Source: Chloroflexota bacterium
GTDB taxonomy: Bacteria; Chloroflexota; UBA11872; VXNJ01
Direction: 5' to 3'
Assembly (NCBI GenBank): GCA_965261345.1
Contig: OZ253449.1
Location: forward strand, 1,920,001 to 1,984,000
DNA: 64,000 bases
Both the position numbers and the translations under genes were made by a program. Under the pieces are notes generated by a model. That model did not search any database. It saw only the letters and a list, made by a program, of their open reading frames with translations, and was not told where the DNA came from. This document shows positions 39,723 to 49,055 of this stretch, piece by piece (position 1 is the stretch's first letter; every line of letters begins with the position of its first letter).

Positions 39723-40895
39723 CTAGAGGATCGGACCGACTAGTTCAAAGGCGCCCGATTCCCACGAATTGAATATTGCCTGCGAAACCTCTGCCACCGC
39801 CAGCGCGTCACCGATGCTGGGGCTGCCCTCCTCGCCGGCCGCGGTTGCCTTTAGGAATTCAAAGGCCTCAATCGTCTTGGTGTCGTCGTAGCTCATCGAC
39901 AGCCCGTCGCCCGGAGTGAAATTTGCAAAGTAGGGCATCGTGACGCTGGCAAGCAGATTCACGTATCCGTCACGGGCGGGGTCGCCCTCGACATGTTCGA
40001 AAAATTCCAACTCGCCCATGCGGCCAAGGTACCACTTGAGCACGCCCTTGGTCCCGTGCAGCTCCCAGCTCAGGTTGATTTTTTCGCCCATGATGACCCG
40101 GCAGGATTCCATCGTCCCGAAAACCCCGTTGGAGAATTCGACCAGGGCGCCGACGTAGTCTTCGTTTTCAACTGCGGCCCGCGGTCCGCCCTTGCGAATC
40201 GAAAAATGCGTTCCCTCGCCCGGGATGGGTTCGGGGCGATCGGCAATGAAGGTGTTTTTCTGGGCAACAACCCGCTTGATCGGTCCGGCCAGGAAGTGAG
40301 CCTGGTCGACCACGTGCGAAAGCATGTCGGCGACCACCCCGGCCCCGGCCTGCGCCCGCAGGAAACGCCAGGACAGCATCGTATCGGGATTGCCCGCGTA
40401 ACCCTCCAGGAACCGTCCGCGGAAGTGGGTCAGGGTCCCCAATCGCCCGGCGTCGACTATTTGTTTGGCGTACTGGACCACCGGGCACATGCGGTAGTTG
40501 AAACCGATGTGCGACGTAACCCCGGCGGCGCGGATCGCGTCGGCGATGGCCTTGGTATCGGCCGGTTCGCGCCCGCAGGGTTTTTCCAGCCAGATACTCT
40601 TGCCCGCTTTGGCAGCGGCTTCGGCGACCTCACGGTGGAGAAAATTCGGGGTCGTGATGCTGACCGCTTCCACCTCGGGATGCGAGAGGACCTTACGCCA
40701 GTCGGTGGTCCACTCCGAGAATCCGTGCCGGGCGGCCGACGCCCGGGCCCGACTCTCGAAGTTGTCGGCGCAGATTACGAGTTTGCCGAGCGCCGGGGCG
40801 TCGGGGAACCGGACCGGAACCTGGTTGTGCGACCGCGAATGCAGTTCGCCCATCCATCCCATACCAATGACACCGATTCCGATTTCGCGCTGCAT
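39723..40895 (-). CDS. Gfo/Idh/MocA oxidoreductase (inositol dehydrogenase-like)
   Basis: GVIGMGWMG, LEKPCG, GFNYR, DMLSHVVD. Confidence 0.88.
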   Translation of the reverse strand: MQREIGIGVIGMGWMGELHSRSHNQVPVRFPDAPALGKLVICADNFESRARASAARHGFSEWTTDWRKVLSHPEVEAVSITTPNFLHREVAEAAAKAGKSIWLEKPCGREPADTKAIADAIRAAGVTSHIGFNYRMCPVVQYAKQIVDAGRLGTLTHFRGRFLEGYAGNPDTMLSWRFLRAQAGAGVVADMLSHVVDQAHFLAGPIKRVVAQKNTFIADRPEPIPGEGTHFSIRKGGPRAAVENEDYVGALVEFSNGVFGTMESCRVIMGEKINLSWELHGTKGVLKWYLGRMGELEFFEHVEGDPARDGYVNLLASVTMPYFANFTPGDGLSMSYDDTKTIEAFEFLKATAAGEEGSPSIGDALAVAEVSQAIFNSWESGAFELVGPIL

Positions 40896-41019
40896 GGTGC
40901 TGCCCCTTCAACGTGCTCTGTGAGAAAAAATCCGCCAATAGCTGTTTACTAGTTTCCTCGGCGACGCCGGCGAGACCGCCTATCTTCCGCCGCCCGCCCT
41001 CGCCGGTTTTCCATCAGCC

Positions 41020-41563
41020 TTGGCCAACCTTGCCAAACGATCGGACCGCCAGGATCTAAAAACCGCGTCCGAAACATGGGCCGCGGCCTGGTCGTCGTTG
41101 GTGTTGGGATTGCTCAGGACGCCGCTCGGCAATCGCCTGGCGGAATTCGAACGCCCCATATTCCCTGGATCCAAGATCGCCTCTGAGATCATTGCGACCG
41201 CGAGCGCAGCGTCGACATATGGAATGCTCAACCACCCTCGTTACATGTCCGCAGGGTAAATCCAGCCAGCGGGGATTGACGGCGCGGGCGGCAACGAGCG
41301 CCATTTTGATGTGGAAACAGTTGGGTGCCTTGATGCCAACAATGTCCACCCAGGGCGCGAAGGCCCCCACCGCCAGCCGGTGGCCCAATGCTCAATTCGG
41401 CATGCCGGGCGGAGATCGATCTGGGGCGGTCGGCAACGTCGTGTGCACAAACTACCCGCCTGGGCTCGAGGGAAGCGAATCGGAATCTGGCGGCGGGAGC
41501 GCGAAAGCGGGCTCCGACTATCCATTCGATATCGGATGCTCCGATTCAGATTTGGCGTTGCAC
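41020..41563 (-). pseudogene. Heavily decayed paralog(s) of the adjacent Gfo/Idh/MocA gene
   Basis: Fragments in several frames match the neighbour: VQRQI*IG, QIPIRFP, EHWATGWR, VDIVGIKAPNCFH..WLDLPCG, DAALAVA..SEAI, SREYGAFE, VSDAVFRSWRS. Confidence 0.75.
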
Positions 41564-41736
41564 GGTCGGCCCTTTGTCCAGTCCTTGTTCGGCCCACCTT
41601 GATGTATATATAGGACCATCTGAAAAAAATGCCGTTTGCACACGGAATTGGACCCCTCATTGGCACCGGACCGCAGCCGGCTTGGCCCATAGAATGACGA
41701 TTCATCAGGCAGCGGTTATCTGAAGGAAGCTTTCGC

Positions 41737-42633
41737 ATGCGTTTAAAGATCGGCAACTGCCCGGACTCCTGGGGAGTTTGGTTCGGTGAGCCCGACCCCC
41801 TGCAAACCCCCTGGGAACGCTGCTACGACGAGATTGCCGCGGCCGGGTACAAATACGCGGAATCAGGGCCGTTCGGTTATGCGCCGACCGACTCGGTCGA
41901 AATGAAGGCGGCAATGGAAAGCCGCGGCCTGTCGGTCGCCAGCACCAACATGATGGTCCACTACGAGGATGTTGCGGCGCGCAAGGAATTGACCGACCAG
42001 GCCCGCACCATATCCCAATACCTGGCCGATCTGGGTGCGCAGTATTTCATCTTTATCGATGGCAGTTACACGGACATGAACACCGGCAAGGCGATCATGC
42101 CAGTGCGACTCGGTGAGGCCGAATTCGCCGCGTTGATCGAATTTACGGTGGATCTGGCCCGGATTATCGCCGCCGATTACGGCCTGCGCCCGGTGTTCCA
42201 CCCGCATGCTGACACGCACGTGCAATATGAAGACCAGATCGAACAGTACCTGGAAGCTACCGATCAGAGCGATGTCGGGCTGCTTTTGGATACCGGCCAC
42301 CACGCCTACACCGGCGGCGACCCGGTGGCCTTCATGCGCAAGTGGGGGCACCGGGTCGATTACCTGCACCTGAAAAATGTTGAGTCGACCATCATCGAAC
42401 GGGTTCGCCGCGAAGGCATTTCGATGGCCCGAGCAACCAAGCTGGGGGTGTTCGTCGAACCCGACCACGGGGTGGTCGACTTTGACGAATTCCTCAAGGC
42501 GATCCGCGAAGTCGACTATTCCGGCTACGCGGTGGTCGAACAGGACATGTACCCGATCCCGTTTGACAAACCGCTGCCTATCGCCAGAAACACCCTGGCC
42601 TGGCTCACCCAGCACGGTTACCTGGACGACTAG
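41737..42633 (+). CDS. Myo-inosose-2 dehydratase-like TIM-barrel protein (IolE/MocC-like)
   Basis: PDSWGVW, FHPHADT, LDTGH, HLKNV, VVEQD. Confidence 0.75.
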   Translation: MRLKIGNCPDSWGVWFGEPDPLQTPWERCYDEIAAAGYKYAESGPFGYAPTDSVEMKAAMESRGLSVASTNMMVHYEDVAARKELTDQARTISQYLADLGAQYFIFIDGSYTDMNTGKAIMPVRLGEAEFAALIEFTVDLARIIAADYGLRPVFHPHADTHVQYEDQIEQYLEATDQSDVGLLLDTGHHAYTGGDPVAFMRKWGHRVDYLHLKNVESTIIERVRREGISMARATKLGVFVEPDHGVVDFDEFLKAIREVDYSGYAVVEQDMYPIPFDKPLPIARNTLAWLTQHGYLDD

Positions 42634-42663
42634 GATGCCCCTTTTGCAAAGGATCTAACGGCG

Positions 42664-43497
42664 ATGTTTAGTGATCGGGCATTTCCCGACCAGTTCTCCG
42701 GTAAGGTTGCGGTGATCACCGGTTCCACCCTCGGGCTTGGCGAGGCCACGGCTCGGTTGCTGGCCGCCCGGGGCGCCAAGGGGCTGGTCATCTGTGGACG
42801 TTCGCGCGAGCGCGGTCTAGCGCTCGCCGAAGAGCTCTCATCTCAGGGCTGCCCGACCCGGTTTCAGCCGGCCGACCTTTCGCGGGCCGAGGATCTGGGT
42901 CCGATCATTGCCCGCGCCGACACCGAATTCGGCCAGCTCGACATCCTGGTCAACTGCGCCGGGGTCGGTCCCCGAGGGACCATCTGGGACACCAACCTGG
43001 CCACTTACGAATACATTTTTGCGGTCAATATGCGAGCTCCCTATTTCCTCACCCAGGCGGCGATCAAGCTGATGGACCGCGGCGGGCAGGGCGGGGCGAT
43101 CTGTTCGGTCGGCTCAATATCGGGCTATGGCGGCCAACCATACATAAATGCCTACAGCGCATCCAAGGGCGCGCTCATGTCATTTACGCGGAACACCGCG
43201 TTCTCGTTGCTGCGCCACCGGATCCGGATCAACGTGCTCAATATCGGCTGGGCCCAAACCCCGACCGAACATATCGTCCAAACGACGTCGCAGGGCCAGC
43301 CTGACGACTGGGTTGAGCGCGCCAATCGTGAACTCCCCTTTGGGCGGTTAGTCCAACCCGACGAAGTCGCCCGTGCGATTGCCTTTCTAACATCTGACGA
43401 GTCGGGCCTGATGACCGGTTCGCTAGTCGACTTTGATCAGTACGTAATCGGGGCGTTCCAAGAGCCGCCCCGACCGGCGCCGCTGGAGGTTTCATAA
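42664..43497 (+). CDS. Short-chain dehydrogenase/reductase
   Basis: TGSTLGLG, NCAG, YSASK. Confidence 0.9.
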   Translation: MFSDRAFPDQFSGKVAVITGSTLGLGEATARLLAARGAKGLVICGRSRERGLALAEELSSQGCPTRFQPADLSRAEDLGPIIARADTEFGQLDILVNCAGVGPRGTIWDTNLATYEYIFAVNMRAPYFLTQAAIKLMDRGGQGGAICSVGSISGYGGQPYINAYSASKGALMSFTRNTAFSLLRHRIRINVLNIGWAQTPTEHIVQTTSQGQPDDWVERANRELPFGRLVQPDEVARAIAFLTSDESGLMTGSLVDFDQYVIGAFQEPPRPAPLEVS

Positions 43498-43501
43498 AAC
43501 C

Positions 43502-44398
43502 GTGCCCCGAATCAACCGTGCAATCGAATTGCTCGAATCGGGACAACCGGTCTACTACACCGCGCCGGCCGGGATCGACTATGAGTCCGGACTGAGCGAG
43601 GCCGGGACCTGGGCCGACTACCTGATCCTCGATTACGAGCACCACCCTTTTGACATGACCGCCCTGCGCGGGTTTATGCAGGGCCTAGTTGACGCCGGGC
43701 CGACCCGTTCCGGCCATCGGTCCCCGGCGGTAATCTGCACCCTGCCAGCGTCGGGCAAATCCGAATCGGAAATCCTCGACAACCAGTGGCAGATTACTCA
43801 TCTGCTCAATGCCGGCGTCCATGGCCTGCTGCTGTGCCGAGCCCGCGACCCGAGGGCGGTGGCCGCCTTCGTGCGCTGCGCACGATTCGTGTTTCAACGA
43901 CGAGCAGTGGGCCAGGTCGGTCCGGGACTGCGTGGCAACGGCGGGCAGGCCAATCCCGCCGAAATCTGGGGAGTTACCCCCGAGGAGTATTTGCAGATCG
44001 CCGATCCCTGGCCGCTTAATCCGAACGGCGAGCTACTGCTGGGAATAAAGCTGGAGGATCAGGATTGTGCGGCGGCGGCCGAGCAATGCGTGGCGGTTGA
44101 CGGCATCGCTTTTTCGGAATGGGGCCCGGGCGACATGGGCATGGCATACGGCTATCCGACCAATCACGATCCGCCCTATCCGCCCGAAATGGACGCGGCG
44201 CGGTTAAAGATCAAATCGGCCTCGGATGCTGCCGGACTGGCGTTTCTGATGGGTTGGAACGACCCGGCGATGTCATACGCCGAGCGGATCGCATATCTGA
44301 TTGACCGGGAACGGGTCAGCATAATCCCGCCTGGCCCGGCGGGTGCCGAATTGGCGGCCTGCGGACGTGACCGTACGGGCCGACAGCTTCCGGTTTGA
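43502..44398 (+). CDS. HpcH/HpaI-family class II aldolase
   Basis: LDYEH, LNAGVHG, IKLED, WGPGDM. Confidence 0.75.
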   Translation: MPRINRAIELLESGQPVYYTAPAGIDYESGLSEAGTWADYLILDYEHHPFDMTALRGFMQGLVDAGPTRSGHRSPAVICTLPASGKSESEILDNQWQITHLLNAGVHGLLLCRARDPRAVAAFVRCARFVFQRRAVGQVGPGLRGNGGQANPAEIWGVTPEEYLQIADPWPLNPNGELLLGIKLEDQDCAAAAEQCVAVDGIAFSEWGPGDMGMAYGYPTNHDPPYPPEMDAARLKIKSASDAAGLAFLMGWNDPAMSYAERIAYLIDRERVSIIPPGPAGAELAACGRDRTGRQLPV

Positions 44399-44408
44399 GT
44401 AAGAGCCG

Positions 44409-45173
44409 GTGGCCTCGGTGACCACCGCGCAGGCGCTTTCGCTGCTGGGGGCCGAACCGGAATTGCTCTCGGCGGCCGAGCGATGCAGTCTGGACGCCCT
44501 GGGCTACGTCGTGTTCCCGGACCTGCTAACACCGAAGCGGTTGTCCGATCTTGCCGGCCGGTTTGACGAGTTGCTGGAGATCGAGGACGGGCAAGCCCGC
44601 GAATTGGTCGCTGAAGCAAATGTGCCGCGACTTGCCAACCTGGTCGACAAGGGCCGGGTGTGGGATATCTGCTACACCCACCCCAAGGTGCTGTCGGCGG
44701 TCTTCCATGTCATCGGCGGCGAGATTCATCTGGCCTCGCTCAACGGCCGTTCGGCTCCGCCCGGCCATGGTCACCAGAACCTCCACTGCGACAACCGCGG
44801 CAGCCTTCGGAACCTGGACTACAGGATCTGCAACTCGCTGTGGATGCTCGACGACTTCACAGCTGAAAACGGCGCCACCCGATTGGTTCCCAGATCGCAT
44901 CTGGAGGTCGCCCATCCAGCCGATCGCCTCTCCGACCCGGCAGCGCCCCACCCCGACGAAATCCTGGCGCTCGGCCGGGCCGGCACGGTGGTGGTGTTCA
45001 ACGGGATCGCCTGGCACGGCGGGACTGCCAATCGCACGGACCGGGCGCGCCGCGCGATCCATTCGTTCTGGCTCTCCCGGCATATCCCGCAGCAAACCGA
45101 CCAGGCCCGCTGGCTGTCACCGGAAACGCTGGCCCGGCTGTCGCCGCCACAGCGTTACCTGTTGCACGTTTGA
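44409..45173 (+). CDS. Phytanoyl-CoA dioxygenase (PhyH) family Fe(II)/2OG dioxygenase
   Basis: HCD..WHGG triad, LDDFTAENGATR, 2OG-binding Arg. Confidence 0.88.
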   Translation: MASVTTAQALSLLGAEPELLSAAERCSLDALGYVVFPDLLTPKRLSDLAGRFDELLEIEDGQARELVAEANVPRLANLVDKGRVWDICYTHPKVLSAVFHVIGGEIHLASLNGRSAPPGHGHQNLHCDNRGSLRNLDYRICNSLWMLDDFTAENGATRLVPRSHLEVAHPADRLSDPAAPHPDEILALGRAGTVVVFNGIAWHGGTANRTDRARRAIHSFWLSRHIPQQTDQARWLSPETLARLSPPQRYLLHV

Positions 45174-45297
45174 GGTCCCAGCCAGGCCAACCGAACGGTG
45201 TTTTTAATACCCCCTTGCCGACCCATCCGGGGAGATACTAGGTACGTAGAGGAAGCCTTCATCGGGATGAAGGCTGAAATTTGAAGGTGAGGGGACT

Positions 45298-46062
45298 ATG
45301 GACCATGCAACCGCCCTTTCTGCACTAGGGGTAACCAAAGATCTGCTAAGCGCCGAGGAAAAATCCGAACTTGATGAACGCGGCTACACGTACTTCCACA
45401 ACGTTCTTAGCCCTGAGCAGCTGGCAGCGATTCGCGATCGCTTCGATCAGATCGAACGCGACGAGGGTGAGCAGGCGGGCGACGAGTTCTTCGAAGTGAA
45501 AGAGGCCGGGATCGGTCGATTGGCCAACCTGGTCGACAAGGGTGACGAATTTGCGCCCTGCTACACCCACCCCAAGATCCTGGCCGCGATGTCCTACATC
45601 ATGAACGATGAGATTCAATTCGATTCGCTCAACGGACGCAATTGTCCGCCCGGTGAGGGTCTGCAAGCACTCCATTGTGATGCGATGGGTACGCCCGATG
45701 ACCGTGGTTTCCGGGTCTGTCAATCGCTCTGGATCCTTGACGATTTCACTCCCCAAAACGGAGCTACGCGAATAGTTCCAGGGACCCATAAGCTGGGGGT
45801 CCGTCCCAACGAAGTACTCGACGATCCGCGCGCCGATCACCCCGACCAGGATTTGATACTGGCGCCCGCCGGAACGGTGGTTATTTTCAACGGGCACGCC
45901 TGGCACAGTGGCACCCAGAATCGCAGCCAGGGACAGCGGCGCGTGCTGCACGGTTGCTATGTGCGGCGCGACCAGAAGCAGCAGCAGGTGCAGGCAGAGT
46001 CGCTCTCACCGGAAACGGTCGCCCGGCTGGAGCCGTCGGTTCGCCACATCCTCCACGTTTGA
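45298..46062 (+). CDS. PhyH family Fe(II)/2OG dioxygenase (tandem paralog)
   Basis: HCD..WHSG; shares RLANLVDKG, CYTHPK, SLNGR and LSPET with the upstream gene. Confidence 0.88.
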   Translation: MDHATALSALGVTKDLLSAEEKSELDERGYTYFHNVLSPEQLAAIRDRFDQIERDEGEQAGDEFFEVKEAGIGRLANLVDKGDEFAPCYTHPKILAAMSYIMNDEIQFDSLNGRNCPPGEGLQALHCDAMGTPDDRGFRVCQSLWILDDFTPQNGATRIVPGTHKLGVRPNEVLDDPRADHPDQDLILAPAGTVVIFNGHAWHSGTQNRSQGQRRVLHGCYVRRDQKQQQVQAESLSPETVARLEPSVRHILHV

Positions 46063-46075
46063 CACCGCCAGGAAA

Positions 46076-47242
46076 GTGGGTGAACGGGCCAGCGTAGGGA
46101 TCATCGGCGGCGGGGTAGTAGGAGCCTCGATCGCTTGGCATCTCTGCCAGCGGGGCATTAGCGACGTCGTCGTCATCGAGCGCAATCCGCTTCCCGGCTG
46201 GGGTTCAACCGGCCGGGCCGCCGGCGGATTCCGTCATCAATTTGCCCACGGCGCCGATATTGCTTTTTCGCGGCTGGCCTTTGAGCGCCTCGCCCGCTTT
46301 GAGTCCGAAACGGGGGTGGATTCGCAGCTGCGGCTAAACGGCTACCTGTTTCTGGCCCGCAGCCGGCGACGGCTCGCTGAGCTGACGGCAATCCATTCCG
46401 TCCAGCGCCAGGCCGGGTTGACCGAGGCGGTGCTGCTTGACCAGCCCGCGGTTGGCGAACTGGTTCCACATATCGTTACCGAGGACGTGTTGGGGGCGTC
46501 CTACTGCCCAATTGACGGTTTCCTCGATCCGCTTTACATAATGACCGGATACCGCCGAGCCGCCGAGGGCGCTGGGGCGAGGTTTCTGTTCGACCAGGAG
46601 GTCGATGAGATCAGCGTGAGCGCCGGCCGGGTGCGCTCCCTGCGGGGCCCGGATATCGATATTGCAGTCGACTGGGCGGTCGTTGCGGCCGGGGCCTGGT
46701 CGGGTCGATTCTTGGCGCAGATGGGTCAGAAGCTGGACCTGATGCCGCTGCGCCGGCAGATTGCCGGTACCCATCCGGTGGCGCAACTGCCGGCGTCGGC
46801 GCCGATGACGATCGAGGAGGACGGATTTCATTTCCGCAAGGACCACCTCGGCGGGGGCGGGGCGATGTTGATCTACGAAGACCCGGACGAGCGGTCCAGT
46901 TTCAACCAGGTATTCGACGCCGAATTTGGGGCCAGGGTACTGCCGCGATTCGTGGCACGCATGCGCGACGATATTGATCCGGTGCTCTCGCCACGCAAGT
47001 GCTGGGCCGGGCTATACGCGGTTACGCCCGACGCGCATCCCTACATCGGACCGCTGGGCGATCCCGCCGGAGTGGTCTTGGCGGCGGGGTTTTCCGGTCA
47101 CGGAGTAATGCACTCGCCAGCGACCGGTCAGGTGGTGGCGCAAATGATCGCCGATGGGGAGATCCCCTCGCTAGCCCGGCCCTACAGCCCCGACCGGTTT
47201 GCCCGCGGTGAGGAATTTAGCGGGGCCGGCAACATCTACTAG
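46076..47242 (+). CDS. FAD-dependent oxidoreductase (DAO/sarcosine oxidase beta-like)
   Basis: IIGGGVVG, GSTGRAAG, AAGAWS, TPD..P.IG, GFSGHG. Confidence 0.85.
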   Translation: MGERASVGIIGGGVVGASIAWHLCQRGISDVVVIERNPLPGWGSTGRAAGGFRHQFAHGADIAFSRLAFERLARFESETGVDSQLRLNGYLFLARSRRRLAELTAIHSVQRQAGLTEAVLLDQPAVGELVPHIVTEDVLGASYCPIDGFLDPLYIMTGYRRAAEGAGARFLFDQEVDEISVSAGRVRSLRGPDIDIAVDWAVVAAGAWSGRFLAQMGQKLDLMPLRRQIAGTHPVAQLPASAPMTIEEDGFHFRKDHLGGGGAMLIYEDPDERSSFNQVFDAEFGARVLPRFVARMRDDIDPVLSPRKCWAGLYAVTPDAHPYIGPLGDPAGVVLAAGFSGHGVMHSPATGQVVAQMIADGEIPSLARPYSPDRFARGEEFSGAGNIY

Positions 47243-47483
47243 TAGCCGCGCCGGTTCAGCCGGGATGCACAGGGCGCGGCGTTCCCGTACGACCACCGGT
47301 TGGTCCGGTCGCTCAGCGCCGAGATTTCGGCAGCGGTGTGCGCGCCGAAAACCCGGCGATCAAGACGCCGCCGCCGCGGCCTTACACGATCGGCTTAAAT
47401 CCCGGGCGGAGGATATTAGGCCCGTCCAATCGCACTAGCTGGCAGCGGCCAATGATTCGCCCCGGCCGTTATTTCAGAGCGGG

Positions 47484-47515
47484 TGAACCGGGTTGCGCGA
47501 CCGCAACCCGGTTCA
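47484..47515. terminator. Hairpin between convergent genes (probable terminator)
   Basis: Perfect 14-bp stem TGAACCGGGTTGCG/CGCAACCCGGTTCA with a 4-nt loop. Confidence 0.65.
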
Positions 47516-47551
47516 TGTTTAATTTCTGTCGCAGCTGCGATTTCCGGCTGT

Positions 47552-48391
47552 TTAGCCGACTTCGACCGGAGTTCCGATCATGCTGCCCCATTCGGTCCAG
47601 GAGCCGTCGTAATTGCGAACGTCGGAAACGCCGATCAATTCCTTGAGCACGAACCAGGTGTGCGAAGAGCGTTCACCGATTCGGCAGTAGGCGATCGTTT
47701 CTTGGCCCTTCGACACTCCCTTGGCGCCGTAGATTGTATTGAGCTCATCGGCCGCCTTGAAAGTGCCGTCGCTGTTGACCGCGGTCGCCCACGGGACGTT
47801 GGCCGCCCCAGGAATGCGTCCCATCCGCTGGGCGGTTTCGGGCAGCCCTGGCGGAGCCATGATCTCACCCCGAAATTCCGCCGGTGCGCGTACGTCGATT
47901 AACACCACGTCGCGATCGAGTGCGCCCAGAACTTGCGGTTGGTAGGCTCGCAATTCATCATTGCGGGGGTTGGCCTGGTAGCTGGTGCGCGGATAGGAAA
48001 CCGGATCGGTGGAAATCTCGCGTCCGTCCAGCTCCCACTTGACCCGACCGCCGTTGAGCAGATGCACATCATCGTGGCCGTAGAGCTTGAACTGCCAGTA
48101 GGCAAAGGCAGCGAACCAGTTGTTGTTATCCCCGTAGAGGACGACGCAGGTGTCGTTGGCGATCCCGGCCGAGGAGAGCAACTCTTCCCAGTCGGCTTGG
48201 TCGACGATGTCGCGGCGGATGTTGTCGGAAAGCTGGGACTGCCAGTTCCAACCTACCGCCCCAGGGATGTGACCGCTCTCGTAAGCGGTCGTATCGACAT
48301 CGACTTCAACCAAGCGGACGTTGGCGTCACCGCCATGTTCTGCCACCCAGTCGGCGGTTACCAGGGCTGCCGGGTTTGCGTATTCGGCCAT
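47552..48391 (-). CDS. Two-domain thiosulfate sulfurtransferase (rhodanese)
   Basis: GHIPGA, LLNGG, active site CRIGER, YDGSWTEW. Confidence 0.92.
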   Translation of the reverse strand: MAEYANPAALVTADWVAEHGGDANVRLVEVDVDTTAYESGHIPGAVGWNWQSQLSDNIRRDIVDQADWEELLSSAGIANDTCVVLYGDNNNWFAAFAYWQFKLYGHDDVHLLNGGRVKWELDGREISTDPVSYPRTSYQANPRNDELRAYQPQVLGALDRDVVLIDVRAPAEFRGEIMAPPGLPETAQRMGRIPGAANVPWATAVNSDGTFKAADELNTIYGAKGVSKGQETIAYCRIGERSSHTWFVLKELIGVSDVRNYDGSWTEWGSMIGTPVEVG

Positions 48392-48425
48392 GCTCAATTC
48401 CTTTCCCAATTAAGGGCTCACAAGC

Positions 48426-48926
48426 GTGCGTTGCACATTCTTAAGTAATATAGTCAACTTAATTGGGAATGACAATTGCGAATTAGGCGAGCCGACCCTG
48501 TTTGAGGATCCCCGCCCGCGTTCTGGCGACGGGTATTCTGCCATCGAAATTGGCACCTTCGGTCGCCACGATGCGGTTCTGGCCCGCAGCGACGGGCCGC
48601 CGCCGCATCGCTTTGCAGTGTACGTGCGCCCGCAGCAGGATCCAGGGCTGGCCCAACGGGCGTTCAAGGAAGGCCACGTCCTTATGTTGCTCGGATTTCG
48701 CCCGCGGGCCCGCTGCAAATTTTTTGCGGTCGGATGCGCGCTGGCGGGCGGGTTTGAACTGCTGCTCGACCAGGCCCCGGGAAAAGTGCCGGAGGCTGAC
48801 GCGCGGGCGCTGTTCGCGCGGTTGGCGGCCGATTTGGCACCGATCCTCGACCAGGTCGCCTGGCAGATGGCATCGGCATCGGATTTGGGGCTGTCGATCG
48901 AGTTGCCGCGACCACGGCCCGACTAG
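48426..48926 (+). CDS. Hypothetical protein (start uncertain)
   Basis: Open frame with coding-like GC3 from about 48490; no recognisable motif. Confidence 0.4.
   Translation: MRCTFLSNIVNLIGNDNCELGEPTLFEDPRPRSGDGYSAIEIGTFGRHDAVLARSDGPPPHRFAVYVRPQQDPGLAQRAFKEGHVLMLLGFRPRARCKFFAVGCALAGGFELLLDQAPGKVPEADARALFARLAADLAPILDQVAWQMASASDLGLSIELPRPRPD
48437..48461 (-). promoter_or_regulatory. Candidate Rrf2-family (IscR/CymR-like) operator
   Basis: TAAGTTGACTATATTACTTAAGAAT about 45 nt upstream of the sulfurtransferase start. Confidence 0.45.
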
Positions 48927-49055
48927 CGCTGGCCCGGCCGCGCCAATTCGTTTGTCGGCGTTGTGATTCTTAAAATAGCAATACTCGGCGTGCGCGATTC
49001 GCCAAATGAGCGCGAACGATCCGACGAGAAAGACAAGTTGTGAGGGGTAAGGTCG

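Noticed and set aside
47243-47483. About 240-bp intergenic stretch as a possible ncRNA or small gene
   Set aside because: No recognisable RNA-family motif or credible ORF
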